The notes under the pieces were generated by a model. The model did not search any database and was not told the origin of the DNA. It worked only from the letters and a program-made list of their open reading frames with translations. DNA of 64,000 bases from Hydrolagus colliei (lineage: Eukaryota), in the NCBI GenBank assembly GCA_035084275.1, contig CM068770.1, positions 2,604,001-2,668,000 on the forward strand. The letters are read 5' to 3'. Shown here one piece after another: positions 63,513 through 64,000 of this stretch (its first letter is position 1; each line of letters starts with the position of its first letter). The translations under genes and the position numbers were made by a program.

Positions 63513-63597
63513 GATCAATCGATGAAGGTGTTACAGAAGGGCTGCCAACACTCCAAGGCACTTCTGGTGCCAACACTCACCCTGATGATGATGATAG
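63513..63597 (+). CDS. ZBTB44: ZBTB44 second coding exon (85 nt); zinc-finger exons lie beyond the window
   Basis: aaaag|GA TCA ATC GAT GAA GGT ... reads (G)SIDEGVTEGLPTLQGTSGANTHPDDDD(R); donor AG|GTAACT. Not in the ORF track; read by eye. Confidence 0.9.
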
Positions 63598-63714
63598 GTA
63601 ACTATATACTTAACATTTCTTTTGGAAATCATATTAATATTAACACTGTGCCATATTAGAGCACTTAATTTTTTTTTTTTTAAAATCATTTCAACATAGC
63701 TTTCGAAATCGACA

Positions 63715-63945
63715 ACATGACCTCACACCTCTCTACTTCTCCGACCTGCTTACCCTACACTCCAGCAGCCGGCTCCGACCTCCTGTTTGTCCCCACTTTC
63801 CACCATCGGTGGCTGTGTCTTTGGCCACTAAGCCTGTAAAATCTGGAAGTCTCTCTCAACCCCTCCCTCCACTTGCCCCTTTCTTCCGCTCCTTCAAGAC
63901 CTGTCTCCAGACCTTCCCTGTTGACACTGCCTTTGGTCACCCTCC
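63715..63945 (+). mobile_element. L2 LINE 3' fragment
   Basis: ccaccatcggtggc...tctggaa...tccttcaagacctgtctccagacc resembles the other L2 copies. Confidence 0.55.
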
Positions 63946-64000
63946 TACTCAGGGCGAAACCTTGGACAAGTTTCCTTACTCCACACGCCTGATAATTAAT

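Overview
Vertebrate genomic DNA, most likely from a cartilaginous fish (possibly a chimaera). This is inferred from the very dense tRNA-headed Deu-type SINEs, L2 tails and CR1 elements, and is not proven. The window holds the conserved ADAMTS15-ADAMTS8-ZBTB44 block. ADAMTS15 is on the minus strand, with coding exons 1-2 only (18956-19577, 12146-12537); the rest lies left of the window. A complete 8-coding-exon ADAMTS8 is on the plus strand (about 31663-49496), head-to-head with ADAMTS15. The 5' part of ZBTB44 is also on the plus strand (candidate non-coding exon about 57150-57302; coding exons 61432-62440 and 63513-63597). All splice junctions I called are GT-AG and phase-compatible. Notable points: (1) ADAMTS8 exon 1 has at least four single-base frameshifts in G/C runs while all other exons are intact, probably assembly error. 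(2) This ADAMTS8 keeps two C-terminal TSP1 repeats and has an unusual HELGHELSMPHD zinc site. (3) Intron positions in the first exons appear to differ from human. (4) A consensus CTCF site lies between the divergent promoters. (5) A CpG-rich 49-bp minisatellite is built from SINE sequence. (6) ADAMTS8 intron 2 has several repeat-derived fold-backs. (7) Two near-identical young CR1 copies are each nested in a SINE. I found no convincing new biological system, and no CRISPR array or bona fide RNA gene.
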